DNA of 64,000 nt from Clarias gariepinus. Lineage: Eukaryota. Positions 22,215 to 33,869 of this stretch are shown piece after piece. Position 1 is the stretch's first letter; every line of letters starts with the position of its first letter. Where the stretch lies: NCBI RefSeq assembly GCF_024256425.1, contig NC_071110.1, positions 2,727,451 to 2,791,450 on the forward strand. Reading direction: 5' to 3'. Under the pieces are notes generated by a model. That model was not told the DNA's origin, did no database searches, and saw only the letters and a list, made by a program, of their open reading frames with translations. The position numbers were made by a program, and so were the translations under genes.

Positions 22215-23394
22215 GGTTCCCAACCAACCAACTGCTGGTCTTCTCAGACCCCTACCGATTCCCCGCCGTCCTTGGTCCCACATCTCCGTCGACTTTGTCA
22301 CTGGCCTGCCTCTGTCCGAGGGCAACACCTGCATTATGACCGTAGTAGATCGCTTCTCGAAGTCTGTGCACCTCGTCCCACTCCCTAAGCTGCCCTCCGC
22401 CAAGGAGACTGCGGAGCAGTTAGTCCTCCACGTGTTTCGCCTCCATGGTCTGCCCACCGACGTCGTCTCGGATCGGGGCCCTCAGTTCACCTCTCGCTTT
22501 TGGGGCGCGTTCTGCAGACTCGTCGGGGCGACTGCCAGTCTATCGTCTGAATTCCATCCTCAGTCCAACGGACAAACCGAGCGGATGAATCAAGCCCTAG
22601 AGGTTTCCCTCCGCTGCATGACAACTCGGGACTCGACCACCTGGAGCAGATTCCTCCCTTGGGTTGAGTATGCCCACAACTCTCTGCCCTCCTCGTCGAC
22701 AGGCTTGTCCCCGTTCCAGTGCTGCTTAGGCTACCAACCTCCACTCTTCCCAGCCCAGGAACTAGAGGTGGAGACCCCGTCAGCCCAGCACTTCGTCCGC
22801 CGCTGCAAGCAAACATGGCTACGCGCTAGACGCACCCTGCTACGAACCCGCTCCTCTTATAAGAGACAGGCAGACCGCCACCGCACCAAGGCCCCCAGAT
22901 ACCGGGTAGGAGACCGAGTCATGCTCGCCACTAAGGACATTCCCTTGAGAACCCTTTCACGCAAGCTCTCCCCCTGTTTCATCGGACCCTTCACCATTAC
23001 CAGGATAATCAACCCATGTGCAGTTCGACTCCTACTCCCCTCGTCCATGCGACGGATCCACCCTACGTTCCACGTTTCCCAGCTACGACGCGTCATCAAT
23101 TGTCCACTAAGTCCACCCACCCACCCTCATCCTCCTCCCCGTATCATTGATGGCAGCGAGGCTTACACAGTTAGAAAGCTTCTGAAGGCCCTGCCGGCGA
23201 GGCAGAGGAGTCCAGTTTTTGGTGGACTGGGAGGGCTATGGCCCGGAGGAAAGAAGCTGGATCCCAGCCAGATTCATCTTGGACCGAAGGCTGATCACAG
23301 ACTTCTACAGACGCTTCCCCGACGCACCCCGTGCAACGCCTGGAGGCGTTCGTTGGAGGGGGGGTACTGTCACGCTCTCAGCGCTCCGCGCTGA
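22024..23394 (+). CDS. Gypsy pol part 2: integrase, in a different frame from part 1; a further frameshift precedes the chromodomain at 23219..23390
   Basis: It carries the HHCC and DDE integrase motifs. Frame changes occur at about 22100 and about 23220, so this copy probably cannot move on its own. Confidence 0.8.
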   Translation: MFPRIASSSPSVYVLRCWSGPMVLSCHPGAARTRVVTQQRFWWPTLGRDVSRFVAACDICARAKVPNQPTAGLLRPLPIPRRPWSHISVDFVTGLPLSEGNTCIMTVVDRFSKSVHLVPLPKLPSAKETAEQLVLHVFRLHGLPTDVVSDRGPQFTSRFWGAFCRLVGATASLSSEFHPQSNGQTERMNQALEVSLRCMTTRDSTTWSRFLPWVEYAHNSLPSSSTGLSPFQCCLGYQPPLFPAQELEVETPSAQHFVRRCKQTWLRARRTLLRTRSSYKRQADRHRTKAPRYRVGDRVMLATKDIPLRTLSRKLSPCFIGPFTITRIINPCAVRLLLPSSMRRIHPTFHVSQLRRVINCPLSPPTHPHPPPRIIDGSEAYTVRKLLKALPARQRSPVFGGLGGLWPGGKKLDPSQIHLGPKADHRLLQTLPRRTPCNAWRRSLEGGYCHALSAPR

Positions 23395-24078
23395 TCAAAG
23401 ACCGTGTCATTTATTTGACATTTCCTTTCCCACGCTGTCAGGCTTTCATCACGTGGTCATGCTTTCCCACGCTGTCATCGCCCCTCCCGGACCGCTCCGC
23501 CGACACACCGGTTTCCCATCTGGCGCTGATTTCACCCAGCTTATAAGGAAGCGCAGCGCTCTGCCTTGCTGCTGGATTATTGTGTGTTGTTTCGCCGCAG
23601 TTTTCTCGCGTTTTTGTTCATGTAGTTTCACGTTGCCAACCTCGCCTGTCTTTTCGATTTCGCCTTTTGTCTCACGATTCTGATTTTGTACTGCTCTTGG
23701 ATTTAACGGCTTCGGACTTTCACTTTCGTTTCTCGACTACGGCTTAGTCTCACGTCTCGGCATCGACGCTACGCTGACGGATTTCACGGCTTAGACCCAC
23801 GCTGGCTCTCTCTCGACCACGGCTTGTCCTCACGTTTTGGCATTGACGCTGCGCTGACGGATTTCACGGCTCAGACCCAAGCTCACGCTCTCCCGACTAC
23901 GGCACACCGCCACGCCCCCTGCATTTACTCCGCGCATACGGATTTCACGGCCCCGAGCGCGCGCACCTGCTGACTCAGTCACGCACCTACAGTGTTCCAC
24001 CAGAGCTACTCGCGTGCTGCTCCTGCACCTGCTCCTGGATCCATCCACCAAGCCAGCTCCCCTGACAACTTCAAATCA

Positions 24079-24402
24079 TTACCACAGAGTATTGCATTTT
24101 GTCATGCGTCTATAAATAAAGGGGAGGTTTGATATAGGCCTGTAGTTGGACAGCTGACAGGGGTCGAGGTCAGGTTTCTTAATAATCGGTTTAATAACTG
24201 CTAATTTGAAAGATTTTGAAACATACCCAATGCTGAGTGAAGAATTAATTATTCTCAACTGGGGTTCTGTTATTGCTGGTACTATCTGTTTAAAAAAATG
24301 TGTCGGTAAAGGATCATAGGTTGATGAATTTGCAGAAGAGATGAGTGAAATTAGTTCATTCTCTTTAAGGGGAGTAAAGTATTCTAGGTTCTGATCTGAC
24401 AT
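24079..24402 (-). mobile_element. L2/CR1-type LINE reverse-transcriptase fragment
   Basis: The peptide …KLAVIKPIIKKPDLDPCQLSNYRPISNLPFI matches the ORF2 region of the L2 copy at 61700..61830. Confidence 0.7.
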
Positions 24403-26150
24403 GGTTTCAAAACCTCAATTTTATGCCTAATATTTACAATTTTATTATTATTAGGTGCATCACTGTGTCCAGTTTTGCCTGCAGAACTACCAACACCACT
24501 GCATACCTTGTAAGAAAAGAGATAGTTATTCTTTACCAAAAAATATGAGAACGGCCAGAGCTAACATGGTCGCTCCGGCTTCACCCTCAATCATCAACAT
24601 ATTGCCAGCAGTGCTCTAATCGTGGATCCTCTTGCTGTTTGTGCGAAACTCCCTTTTTTTTTTTTACCTGCTAAGGTATGGATACAAATCGGTTAGAAAG
24701 ATCATTAGACTCATCTGTTGTGCAGCACCACTGAGGGACGTACAAACATCACAGCACTCCCTGTAACAAGTAGCGCGGGGAGCAGCGACCCCGTTAACTT
24801 ATACCCAGTGAGTTGGTGCGAGTGTGGGTTCCTCTATGCATTTGTGACTGGCGAGAAAACCTTAAACTGGTGCTCGTGTTACTTTCGGCTCTGACAGCAT
24901 TGGTTGATCCCACAGAGGTTTACGCCGTGGCGACTAAGGAGCAAGTTCTTTTCCGGAATAAGGAGAAAAGCCTTTGTGGAAACATTTCCAGAAGTTGCTT
25001 CTTTTCTTGACCAAAGGAAAGTGTGGTTAAAGCGCATCTCTCGCATGGTCACTGGCTGTCTCATGCCTACGAATTTTTGCTCTTCTTTTGGAAGGAACCG
25101 GAGCACACAACCCATCACCACTCTCTCTGCCACTTTGAATGTTGTAAGTGACTCTGGCTGGGGCCACCTGACTGCATTCTGACTAACCCAGTTCAGTTGT
25201 TGTTCATACGCCTACTTGTAAAACTCAAGTGCAGTTTGCGTCTTGGACTACAGTGAGGCAAGATCTCAGCTTTGAGCATGTCATAATAATCCACATTGTC
25301 ATCCGGCAAAGAAAAATAGGAATACTGTGCCTCACCTGACAGCAGTGGAATGAGAATCTCCATTCATGGATTTTGTTGGAAAGTGCACAGATATGCTTTA
25401 ATGGCTTTATGAGGCGTTAATTTAGTGAGCAGGTGCTGTGCATCACAGCATGGATCAGGGAGGTGCACTTCTCGTACTGGCAGGTGTTGGAGACGAAAGA
25501 CCACTGCCGCTGTAGCCAGCAAATCTTTTGAGAGCTGCTCAAAGAGCACTTGCTGTTGAATGCTTGTTTCCAGCAAGTATTCCAAGTATTCATCAGGGAA
25601 CCATTGTGGGCCCATTTTCCGTTTCATGTGCCTGCATTGTCCATAAGTCTAATGGGTCTGACACATGGAAGGAACACACAGGAAACAGATTTACGTTTAC
25701 ATTTAGGCATTTGGCAGACACTCGCTTTACAAAAGTTTACAAAAGTTTCCATCTTTAGATAAATTCTTATACTGGATTACCAGGTTAATAAATAAATCAG
25801 TCAGATGTCAGATGTCATGAAAATGAACAATCATTTTATTAAGCACACATTACCACACAGTGTTAATGAAGTGGGTGGAAGCGAAGAGGCCCTTTTATGA
25901 GCATCCTCTGATTGTCCTCCAGCCCAGGTGAATTGGGGTATCACGTCCCTTTGTTAGGCACCCCTTTAAAGTGTTATGCTGTTGTCACGAACCTTCCTCT
26001 GATGTCTGCGTAAGTGTGGCATAATGTGCAGGAGGCGAGCTGGCGGTTTAGTAATATGCTTTTATTTAAGCACATAAAATAAACACAACATAGAACTTTA
26101 CCAAAGGATAATACTATAAGGGCAACAAAAGCCGTTACAGTACCCCCCCC

Positions 26151-27992
26151 CTAAAAAACGCTCCTCCGGAGCGTTACCGGAGGACCCGGACTCCCTCCCC
26201 AGCGGTCCCAGTCCGGACCTCCAACACCGAGGCGGTCGATCCCCTCTCGTGGGTTAGGTTTAAGAGCTGGGGCGACGCTCGGCGGCAGCTGAGGAGCTGG
26301 AGCGACGCTCGGCGGCGGCTGAGGAGCTGGAGCGACGCTCGGCGGCGGCTGAGGAGCTGGAGCGACGCTCGGCGGCGGCTGAGGAGCTGGAGCGACGCTC
26401 GGCGGCGGCTGAGGAGCTGGAGCGACGCTCGGCGGCGGCTGAGGACCTGGAGCGACGCTCGGCGGCGGCTGAGGAGCTGGAGCGACGCTCGGCGGCGGCT
26501 GAGGAGCTGGAGCGACGCTTGCTGTGCTGGGCGGCGGCGGAGCTGGAGCGACGCTCGCTGAGCTGGGCGGCGGCGGAGCTGGAGCGACGCTCGGCGGCGG
26601 CTGAGGAGCTGGAGCGACGCTCGGCGGCGGCTGAGGAGCTGGAGCGACACTCGCTGTGCTGGCCGGCGGCGGCGGAGCTGGAGCGACGCTCGCTGTGCTG
26701 GGCGGCGGCGGAGCTGGAGCGACGCTCGCTGAGCTGGGCGGCGGCGGAGCTGGAGCGACGCTCGCTGAGCTGGGCGGCGGCGGCGGCGGCGGAGCTGGAG
26801 CGACGCTCGCTGTGCTGGGCGGCGGCGGCGGCGGCGGAGCTGGAGCGACGCTCGCTGTGCTGGGCGGCGGCGGCGGCGGCGGCGGAGCTGGAGCGACGCT
26901 CGCTGTGCTGGGCGGCGGCGGCGGCGGCGGAGCTGGAGCGACGCTCGCTGTGCTGGGCGGCGGCGGCGGCGGCGGAGCTGGAGCGACGTCCTCAAAGCCC
27001 GATGGCGGAGGAAGCAGCAGGCCGGCCTGGAAGTCTGGCTGAGGAGCCGGAGCGTCGATCGCTGTCTCCATCGGCGGCTGCTGAGCTGGCGCGATGTCCT
27101 CAAAGCCGGGAGGCGGAGGAAGCAGCAGGCCGGCCTGGAAGTCTGGCTGAGGAGCCGGAGCGTCGATCGCTGTCTCCATCGGCGGCTGCTGAGCTGGCGC
27201 GATGTCCTCAAAGCCGGGAGGCGGAGGAAGCAGCAGGCCGTCCTCGCAGCCCGGCTGAAGCGCTGGCTCACTGTTCATGCAGCTTGGAGGCGGCAGATCG
27301 GCAGCGCCGCTCACGACGCTTGGCGGCTGTGGAGCGGGAGCGACGTTTCCCCTGTCTGGCAGAGGCGGCGGCTGAGGAGTAGACGTGTCTGGCAGCCGCG
27401 GCACGTAGACCTCCGCGTTGACTACAGTCGGGAGCGGGAGGAGGAGCGCGTCGTCCAGATTAGAGAGAGGGAGAGTGTCCGGAGCTACATCGCAGTTCTC
27501 TCGAACCTGGACGAGCAGCCTTTGGAGTAGCGCCACCTGCTCCCGCAGATCGGAAATGCGCTCTCTGTTCCGCTGTGCCAACAACGTGTAGTCCTCCTCC
27601 GTTAAGTCCTCGTTACCGTTCTGCCAGGCCTCCTCGGCCCGTGCCTCTTGGCTGGTGGTTGGGACCGTGTATCTCCCCTCTGCCTCACCCTTGAACGGCG
27701 TCCGCCGAATGGCGAGCCTGCAGCCTTCCGAGCTGCGCCGCGCTCTTCTCTCTCGCTGCTCTTCGCTGTCTTCCAGCCAGTCCGCCGGTTCGATCAGCCT
27801 GCAGCCTTCCCAGCTCTGCAAGAGCTCTCTCTCCCCTTGCTCCTCGCTGTCCTCCAGCCATTCCGCCAGCTCGGGCGAGATGGTGATAGCGCCCCCCCAA
27901 AAAACGTCTGGGGGAGCGACCTCCGCTATGCCACTACGACGGTCTAGCTTTCTGTCACGAACCTTCCTCTGATGTCTGCGTAAGTGTGGCAT
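26151..27992 (-). CDS. 613-aa coiled-coil plus proline-rich ORF (gag-like by architecture) with expanded 10-aa and 38-aa tandem repeats
   Basis: The N-terminal leucine-rich coiled coil (…LLAQRNRERISDLREQVALLQRLLVQVREN…) is followed by PAPQPPPSVA ×n. This matches the architecture of the gag of Gypsy element 2 at 46709..47078. The ORF starts inside the 5' LTR. Confidence 0.45.
   Translation of the reverse strand: MPHLRRHQRKVRDRKLDRRSGIAEVAPPDVFWGGAITISPELAEWLEDSEEQGERELLQSWEGCRLIEPADWLEDSEEQRERRARRSSEGCRLAIRRTPFKGEAEGRYTVPTTSQEARAEEAWQNGNEDLTEEDYTLLAQRNRERISDLREQVALLQRLLVQVRENCDVAPDTLPLSNLDDALLLPLPTVVNAEVYVPRLPDTSTPQPPPLPDRGNVAPAPQPPSVVSGAADLPPPSCMNSEPALQPGCEDGLLLPPPPGFEDIAPAQQPPMETAIDAPAPQPDFQAGLLLPPPPGFEDIAPAQQPPMETAIDAPAPQPDFQAGLLLPPPSGFEDVAPAPPPPPPPSTASVAPAPPPPPPPSTASVAPAPPPPPPPPSTASVAPAPPPPPPPSTASVAPAPPPPPPPSSASVAPAPPPPSSASVAPAPPPPSTASVAPAPPPPASTASVAPAPQPPPSVAPAPQPPPSVAPAPPPPSSASVAPAPPPPSTASVAPAPQPPPSVAPAPQPPPSVAPGPQPPPSVAPAPQPPPSVAPAPQPPPSVAPAPQPPPSVAPAPQPPPSVAPAPQLPPSVAPALKPNPREGIDRLGVGGPDWDRWGGSPGPPVTLRRSVF
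26262..26990. repeat. 30-bp minisatellite (GCTGAGGAGCTGGAGCGACGCTCGGCGGCG)n, followed by about 2.2 copies of a 114-bp unit at 26994..27250
   Basis: Directly visible tandem periodicity. It generates spurious long ORFs in the other frames and on the other strand. Confidence 0.9.
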
Positions 27993-28535
27993 AATGTGCA
28001 GGAGGCGAGCTGGCGGTTTAGTAATATGCTTTTATTTAAGCACATAAAATAAACACAACATAGAACTTTACCAAAGGATAATACTATAAGGGCAACAAAA
28101 GCTAGACACCTGACTGTGCTCCAGTCAGGCTCTTTATAATCAACTTAATTACCTTACCTCGGTTCAGGTGAACTCCCACGTCACCTGACCGAGGTGCAGT
28201 CTGGGACATGCAGTCCAACTTAAACATAATACAAAAATAAAACAAACAAACCCAGGCGCTTTGGCGCCCTCTAGGGGTTAACCGTTACAGCTGTGGGCAT
28301 GATATGTATGTGCAAGAAGCCCCCCGCACTGGCTGTTAGTCCGCTGTCACAGTATGTAGCTCTTTGGTCCAGGGAAAATGGTGTTTTGTTTCACTGTGTA
28401 CTAAACTGTATATGGTTAAAATGACAATAAACACCTACTTGGTTCATTGATTTAATTGTTCATGCTTTCTTCTTATTTCTATTAAAATCCTATAAATTTT
28501 ATGGCTCTCTTTAATGTGCTGCAGAACAAATGTTT

Positions 28536-28678
28536 GCTTGTTTACCTTGTGGACGGATTTGCTTGACTTCTCTTTTCATCTCCGAGAGAGATTTCCGCAT
28601 TTCATCAAATGTGTGATGTAGATAGACAGTGTATATTGAGTCCTCACATCCAGGAGAAACACAGAGAGACGTGAAACT
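28536..28678 (-). pseudogene. finTRIM-like gene B, exon 4-like segment
   Basis: Between an acceptor ctctgtag| and a donor AAG|GTAAAC, it translates as SFTSLCVSPGCEDSIYTVYLHHTFDEMRKSLSEMKREVKQIRPQ. It is a paralog of the gene C exon at 52239..52398. Confidence 0.5.
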
Positions 28679-28866
28679 CTACAGAGAGGAAACACATCAT
28701 AGAGAAGGAGAAAAGTGTAGGAGAGGAACGAATGAATCTCAGACTGAATCAGACCAAAGACACACTTGTGATCTCAGACAGGAACATTTATTGTTGCTGT
28801 AATGAGCTTTTAGGAGGAAACTTTGTGAGGAACAGCGCCCTCTGTAGATCAGACAGTGAGTGTTAC

Positions 28867-29100
28867 CTGGAGGAAGTGGATGTCATCGTGTGTGTGTGAA
28901 AGCTGCTCCAGCTCAGTGACTCTCCTCTTATAATCAGCAATCTCCTGCTCCAGTTGCTTCAGCAGTTGTTCAGCTCGACTCAGTTCAGCTTTCTCCTGAG
29001 CTCTGATCAGCTTCGTCACCTCCGAGCGCTTTTTCTCCATAAGGCTGATCAGCTCAGTAAAGATCCTCTCATTCTCATCTACTGCGGCCTGTGAACGCCT
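28867..29100 (-). pseudogene. finTRIM-like gene B, 234-bp coiled-coil exon (exon 3)
   Basis: About 90% identical to 177..410, with the same splice junctions. The flanking intron sequence at 28690..28850 matches 1..170. Confidence 0.65.
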
Positions 29101-29399
29101 CTGTTAGGATACACAAACACATATATATTGTCACGGTAAACCGCACAATCATCATGAGTACTGCACAGCTCCGCTTCCCCAACGGACAAAGTTCAAGTTC
29201 ACGGTCACCGGCCTCATTCACTGTCTGATTTTTCTGCATGAGTGTATAAATAAAATTGCCTCGACCTTTGCTCACCACTACAATATGTTGTCCGCCTTTT
29301 CTCTCCCTGTGTCGCAGCCCGATGCTACATAGCTTTACAATATATATATATATAGCACCCTAAAGCTCACTACTATATATATATATATATACACTCTAA

Positions 29400-30680
29400 A
29401 CACCTAAATATATATACACAATATACACCTAAAGGATTATTAGGAACACCATACTAATACGGTGTTTGACCCCCTTTCCCTTCAGAACTGCCTTAATTCT
29501 ACGTGGCATTGATTCAACAAGGTGCTGAAAGCATTCTTTACAAATGTTGCGCCATATTGATAGGATAGATCTTGTAGTTGACGGAGATTTGTGGGATGCA
29601 CATCCAGGGCACGAAGCTCCCGTTCCACCACATCCCAAAGATGCTCTATTGGGTTGAGATCTGGTGACTGTGGGGCCCATTTTAGTACAGTGAACTCATT
29701 GTCATGTTCAAGAAACCAATTTAAAATGATTCGAGCTTTGTAACATGGTGCATTATCCTGCTGAAAGTAGCCATCAGAGGATGGTTACATGGTGTTCATA
29801 AAGGGATGGACATGGTCAGAAACAATGCTCAGGTAGCCCGTGGCATTTAAACCATGCCCAATTGGCACTAAGGGGCCTAAAGTGTGCCAAGAAAACATCC
29901 CCCACACCATTACACCACCACCACCAGCCTGCACAGTGGTAACAAGGCATGATGGATCCATGTTCTCATTCTGTTTACGTCAAATTCTGACTTTACCATT
30001 TAAATGTCTCAACAGAAATCGAGACTCATCAGACCAGGCAACATTTTTCCAGTCTTCAACTGTCCAATTTTGGTGAGCTCGTGCAAATTGTAGCCTCTTT
30101 TTCGGTTTTTGTAGTGAAGATGGGTGGTACCAGTCTTCTGCTGTTGTAGTCCATCCACCTCAGGGTTGTGCGTGTTGTGGCTTCACAAATGCTTTGTTAC
30201 AAACCTTGGTTGTAACGAATGGTTATTTCAGTCAAAGTTGCTCTTCTATCAGCTTGAATCAGTCGGCCCATTCTCCTCTGACCTTTGGTATCAACAAGGC
30301 ATTTTCACCCACAGGACTGCCGCATACTGGATGTTTTTTCCTTTTCACACCATTATTTGTAAACCATAAAAATGGTTGTGCATAAAAATCCCAGTAACTG
30401 AGCAGATTGTGAAATACTCAGACCGGCCCGTCTGGCACCAACAACCATGCCACGCTCGAAATTGCTTAAATCACCTTTCTTTCCCATTCTGACATTCAGT
30501 TTGGAGTTCAGGAGATTGTCTTGACCAGGACCACACCCCTAAATGCATTAAAGCAACTGCCATGTGATTGGTTGATTAGATAATTGCAATAATGAGAAAT
30601 TGAACAGGTGTTACTTATAATCCTTTAGGTGAGTGTATATACACAGTGGAACCTTGAATTGTAAGCACCATTAGTGTGCT
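29400..30680 (-). mobile_element. Degenerate Tc1/mariner-type transposon remnant
   Basis: On the minus strand it encodes transposase remnants, including the …WAPQSPDLNPIEHLWD…-type motif at about 29600..29700. No intact ORF remains. Confidence 0.6.
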
Positions 30681-31674
30681 TGTATATTAAAGCACTCATA
30701 TATCATAAGTAATGAAAACTCAGACAATTTGTTCCACAACCCAAAAATATTCACATAAAATAATTATTACAAAATGTAAAGTAAAAATAAAACAAATTAA
30801 CCTGCAATTTACCATATAAATAATGATGGCTGTAATAATTGAGAGAGGGGCACCAGTTTACCGATAGAGACTCTCACTCACACAGGCCCACGCGCGATAT
30901 ACACATGCAAACACACAAAAAAAAATGCTTTACGTGCACATACGTGGCCACAGTGTCATAGTAAACAGTATATTTGCCTATATGTGTGACACACACGCAC
31001 TGAGACTGAGCATGGGAGACGATTACCCACATATACTGCTCAGATTTTAAGACCGGCTCGTCTTGCAAAACACTCGCAGACCATGGTTCAACTGTATATA
31101 TACAACTCTGGAAAAAAAAATAGGACCACTGCAGTTTACTCCAGAAAACTTCTGGAATGTCATAAATTGGAAGATGGATGGTCACAAACCATCAAGCAAA
31201 GTTAAGCTGTTTGCTTTTTTGCAAAAAGAGTGATATGAAGTTACCCAACAGCAGTGTAAAAAAAACTGGTGGAGAGCCAAAACACATGAATTCTGTAATT
31301 GCAAATCAGGGTTATTCCACCAAATACTGATTTCTTAATGTTATTTAGTCAAAGCATTAACACAATTTGTTTACAAATTATTTGCATTTTGTTCGATTTA
31401 AGTTATTCAAGTTTTATTTATTTATTCAAGTATTCTGAAAATACTGCATGATCTTGGGGTATTTTATCAGCTGTGATGATGTCATTTCCTTTAAATATAC
31501 ACTCTACATAACAATAGTTATATCATGAATTTAGGAGAAATATTGTCAGCAGTTCACAAAAAAAATTAACAAAACTCTCACCAATCAATCATTTCACCAG
31601 TCAATACATGCACCTGTGAGAAAAAAAAACATACAGTATTAAACTAATTATGCTGCAGTGGTCTCTCTCCTCAC

Positions 31675-31770
31675 CTTAATAATGTCCACAGTCTGTTTTA
31701 GCTCCTGCACCTCCTTTTGCTTCTTCTGGATCCTCTGCTGGGATTTTATCTTCTTATCCTTTAGCTCATT
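31675..31770 (-). pseudogene. finTRIM-like gene B, 96-bp exon 2
   Basis: Paralog of 541..636, with the same junctions (cag| and AAG|GTGAGG). Confidence 0.6.
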
Positions 31771-32249
31771 CTGAAACCAAATGTCATGCATTTCGTTATT
31801 CGGGAGCTTAGCGGATCAATTACTATTATCATTATTATTATTAGTAGTTGTAGTATGGTGCAGTATCCTCTTGCACTCTTTTCATTCTTGAAATGTACTT
31901 AAAAAAAATTTATTGTCTTATCTGTGTTTATTCTTCTTGCTGTTTGCACTAATCCACATTATCTAGTCCCATGGTTAGTCTATTTTAAGTATGTGTAGTT
32001 ATGTGTGGTTTTATATAGCACCATATACCATTGCAGATACACTGTCTACTCTATCAGTGATAATCTCTCATGCTATCAGAAACAGTATAGATTAGGCCTG
32101 TGCATACTAGACATCAAAGGGGACCTGCCTTTTTTCTTCCTCGAGAGAAAGTGCCTTTTTTCTTTTTTTTTTATAATTACCCTGTAATAAGTTCGCTAAA
32201 GTTTAGCTAAGGCAATATATCACGGGCTTACAGACTAACTTGATGGAGA

Positions 32250-33760
32250 AACGACAGCTGAATACAGTAAAAATAATAATGTTATTAGAATCGCCACACT
32301 GAGTGTTAACTTTCCCTGGTCATGCTGAGGAAATGAAATTCTTTGTGCTTCCTCGGTTGGACCAGTCCGTCGTGCTGGGTCTACCCTGGCTCAGTTCCCA
32401 TAATCCTAATTTTGATTGGGCAAATTCTCGCATCACATCATGGTCTCCAAGATGCGCTAAATCTTGTAAACCGTTACCATTGACGGTCCAAACCACAAGT
32501 ATTGAAAGCCCGCAGGACCAAGTATCTCTGACTGTGCCATCAGAGTATGCGGAATTTAAAGATGTATTTAGTATTAGGGCAGCAGCGAGACTTCCCCCTC
32601 ATCGTCCGTGGGACTGCGCGATTGAGACGACGACGGGACAGTCCTCCGCTCGAGTATGGCCCTCAACACGGGATCTTCACCTCCATCCCCCCTGTCGTAA
32701 GCTTTCTCCCAGATACATAGGTCCCTTCCCCATCCTCTCTCAGGTTAACCCAGTCTCCTTTAAATTTAAACTTCCCCAACATATGCAAATTAACCCTGTA
32801 TTCCATGTGTCTCTCCTTAGGCCAGTGATCCGGGGACCACTAGACGAGGGCACCACGGAACCCTCGCTCCCCGGGGCCGCGGAAATAGGGGGCGCCCCCA
32901 CGTTTAAGGTAACAAAATTTTTAGACTCACGACGGGGGGGCCTCCAGTATCTCGTGGATTGGGAGGGGTATGGCCCAGAGGAAAGAAGTTGGGTGCAGGC
33001 TAAAGACATCCTGAGCCCTGAGCTCATTGCAGCATTCCACCGTGATAGACCGGATCGCCCAGCACCCCGACCTCCGGGCCACCCCACTCGCCCGCAAATC
33101 AATTTGGTCGGCGAGTCCAGCGCCCCTCGACAAGGCGACGGGGGCGCCCTTGCCTCCCTCGGGAAGCCGGTCCTTACTGTAACATCTGGGCCATCACGGT
33201 CCCAGGGAATAAGATCTGGTTCCCCGGATTACTGAACCGCTGCTTTGTCTCCCCCTAGTGTGTCTGTGCCGGTCTGTCTACCAATACTAACTAATTAGTA
33301 TTACCTGTGTCTCCTTTCCTTGTGTGTCACTATTTAAACCAGCTGAACCTGTAGATCCCAGTCCGTTCACTGCTAATGTTGTGGTTGTGTTACTGTGCTA
33401 CTTTAACCTTCTATCTGCTCTCTGTCTTCCTCCTCAGGACTGAGAAGTGTCTGCAGGGTCGTGGCGGGGTCAAGTGCATGCCGGCGGTGCACCAGCCAGG
33501 TCAAGACTGTTGAAACACGTCACTGGTAGCTACGAAGTCTAGTTGTTTTTGTTTAGTATCGACCTACTTTCGGTTCTTAAGACAGCCCACCTGCAGACCC
33601 AGCGTGGGGAGTTCGCTTTAGGATTTCTGTTCTGTTTTGTCGTGATTTTATGTTTGGTAAACAAAAAAAGAGAAGAAATAAAAGACGAGTGACATTAAAC
33701 TTCACCTGCATTTGCGTACGCTTCCTTTTGCACAGGGGAAAACATGACACTGAGATACAA
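32250..33760 (+). mobile_element. Internally deleted Gypsy fragment (protease remnant fused to the IN C-terminus and chromodomain, plus LTR)
   Basis: ORF 32303..33235 carries [31 protein letters not shown] and [15 protein letters not shown], followed by LTR-like sequence. Confidence 0.6.
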
Positions 33761-33869
33761 AACAGGCAATTCTGACCACAATCTGGTCTTCTTAACACCT
33801 CTGTATGTCCCGACAGTTCAAAGGCAGCCTATAGTGTCAAAGAAGATTGTCACAAGAAGCCAGTGAAAC

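Larger units (their letters stand above)
18416..24067 (+). mobile_element. Ty3/Gypsy chromovirus LTR retrotransposon (gag, PR-RT-RH, IN with chromodomain), 5-bp target-site duplication ACTTC
   Basis: The 700-bp LTRs (18416..19115 and 23368..24067) are more than 99% identical and run TGTCACG…CCCTGACA. ACTTC flanks both ends. The interior carries a gag CCHC, the protease DSGSD, the [10 protein letters not shown], and the IN and chromodomain motifs [13 protein letters not shown]. Confidence 0.9.
25984..28289 (-). mobile_element. Non-autonomous LTR-retroelement-like unit: short LTRs (TGTAACGG…GTTCGTGACA) flanking a single proline-rich gag-like ORF
   Basis: Direct repeats lie at 25984..26139 and 27957..28289, the latter carrying an extra 178 bp. 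A polypurine tract AGGGGGGGGGG abuts the 3' LTR on the minus strand. The termini are TG…CA and share TGTCACGAAC with the Gypsy LTRs in this window. Confidence 0.5.

Noticed and set aside
24780..25630. Short ORFs (25364..25627 and 24879..25133, minus strand) with a weak resemblance to the hAT transposase C-terminal dimerisation region (W..…P.L…ATSG.V…AF)
   Set aside because: The similarity is too weak and fragmentary to support a call, and no terminal inverted repeats or 8-bp target-site duplication were found.
26174..27271. A 365-aa arginine-rich ORF on the minus strand (…RRRRRPAQRASLQL…), plus 287-aa and 128-aa Gly/Ala-rich ORFs on the plus strand at 26519..27382 and 26656..27042
   Set aside because: These are alternative-frame and opposite-strand readings of the 30-bp minisatellite inside the proline-rich ORF at 26151..27992. 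Their periodicity is an artefact of the repeat, not independent genes.
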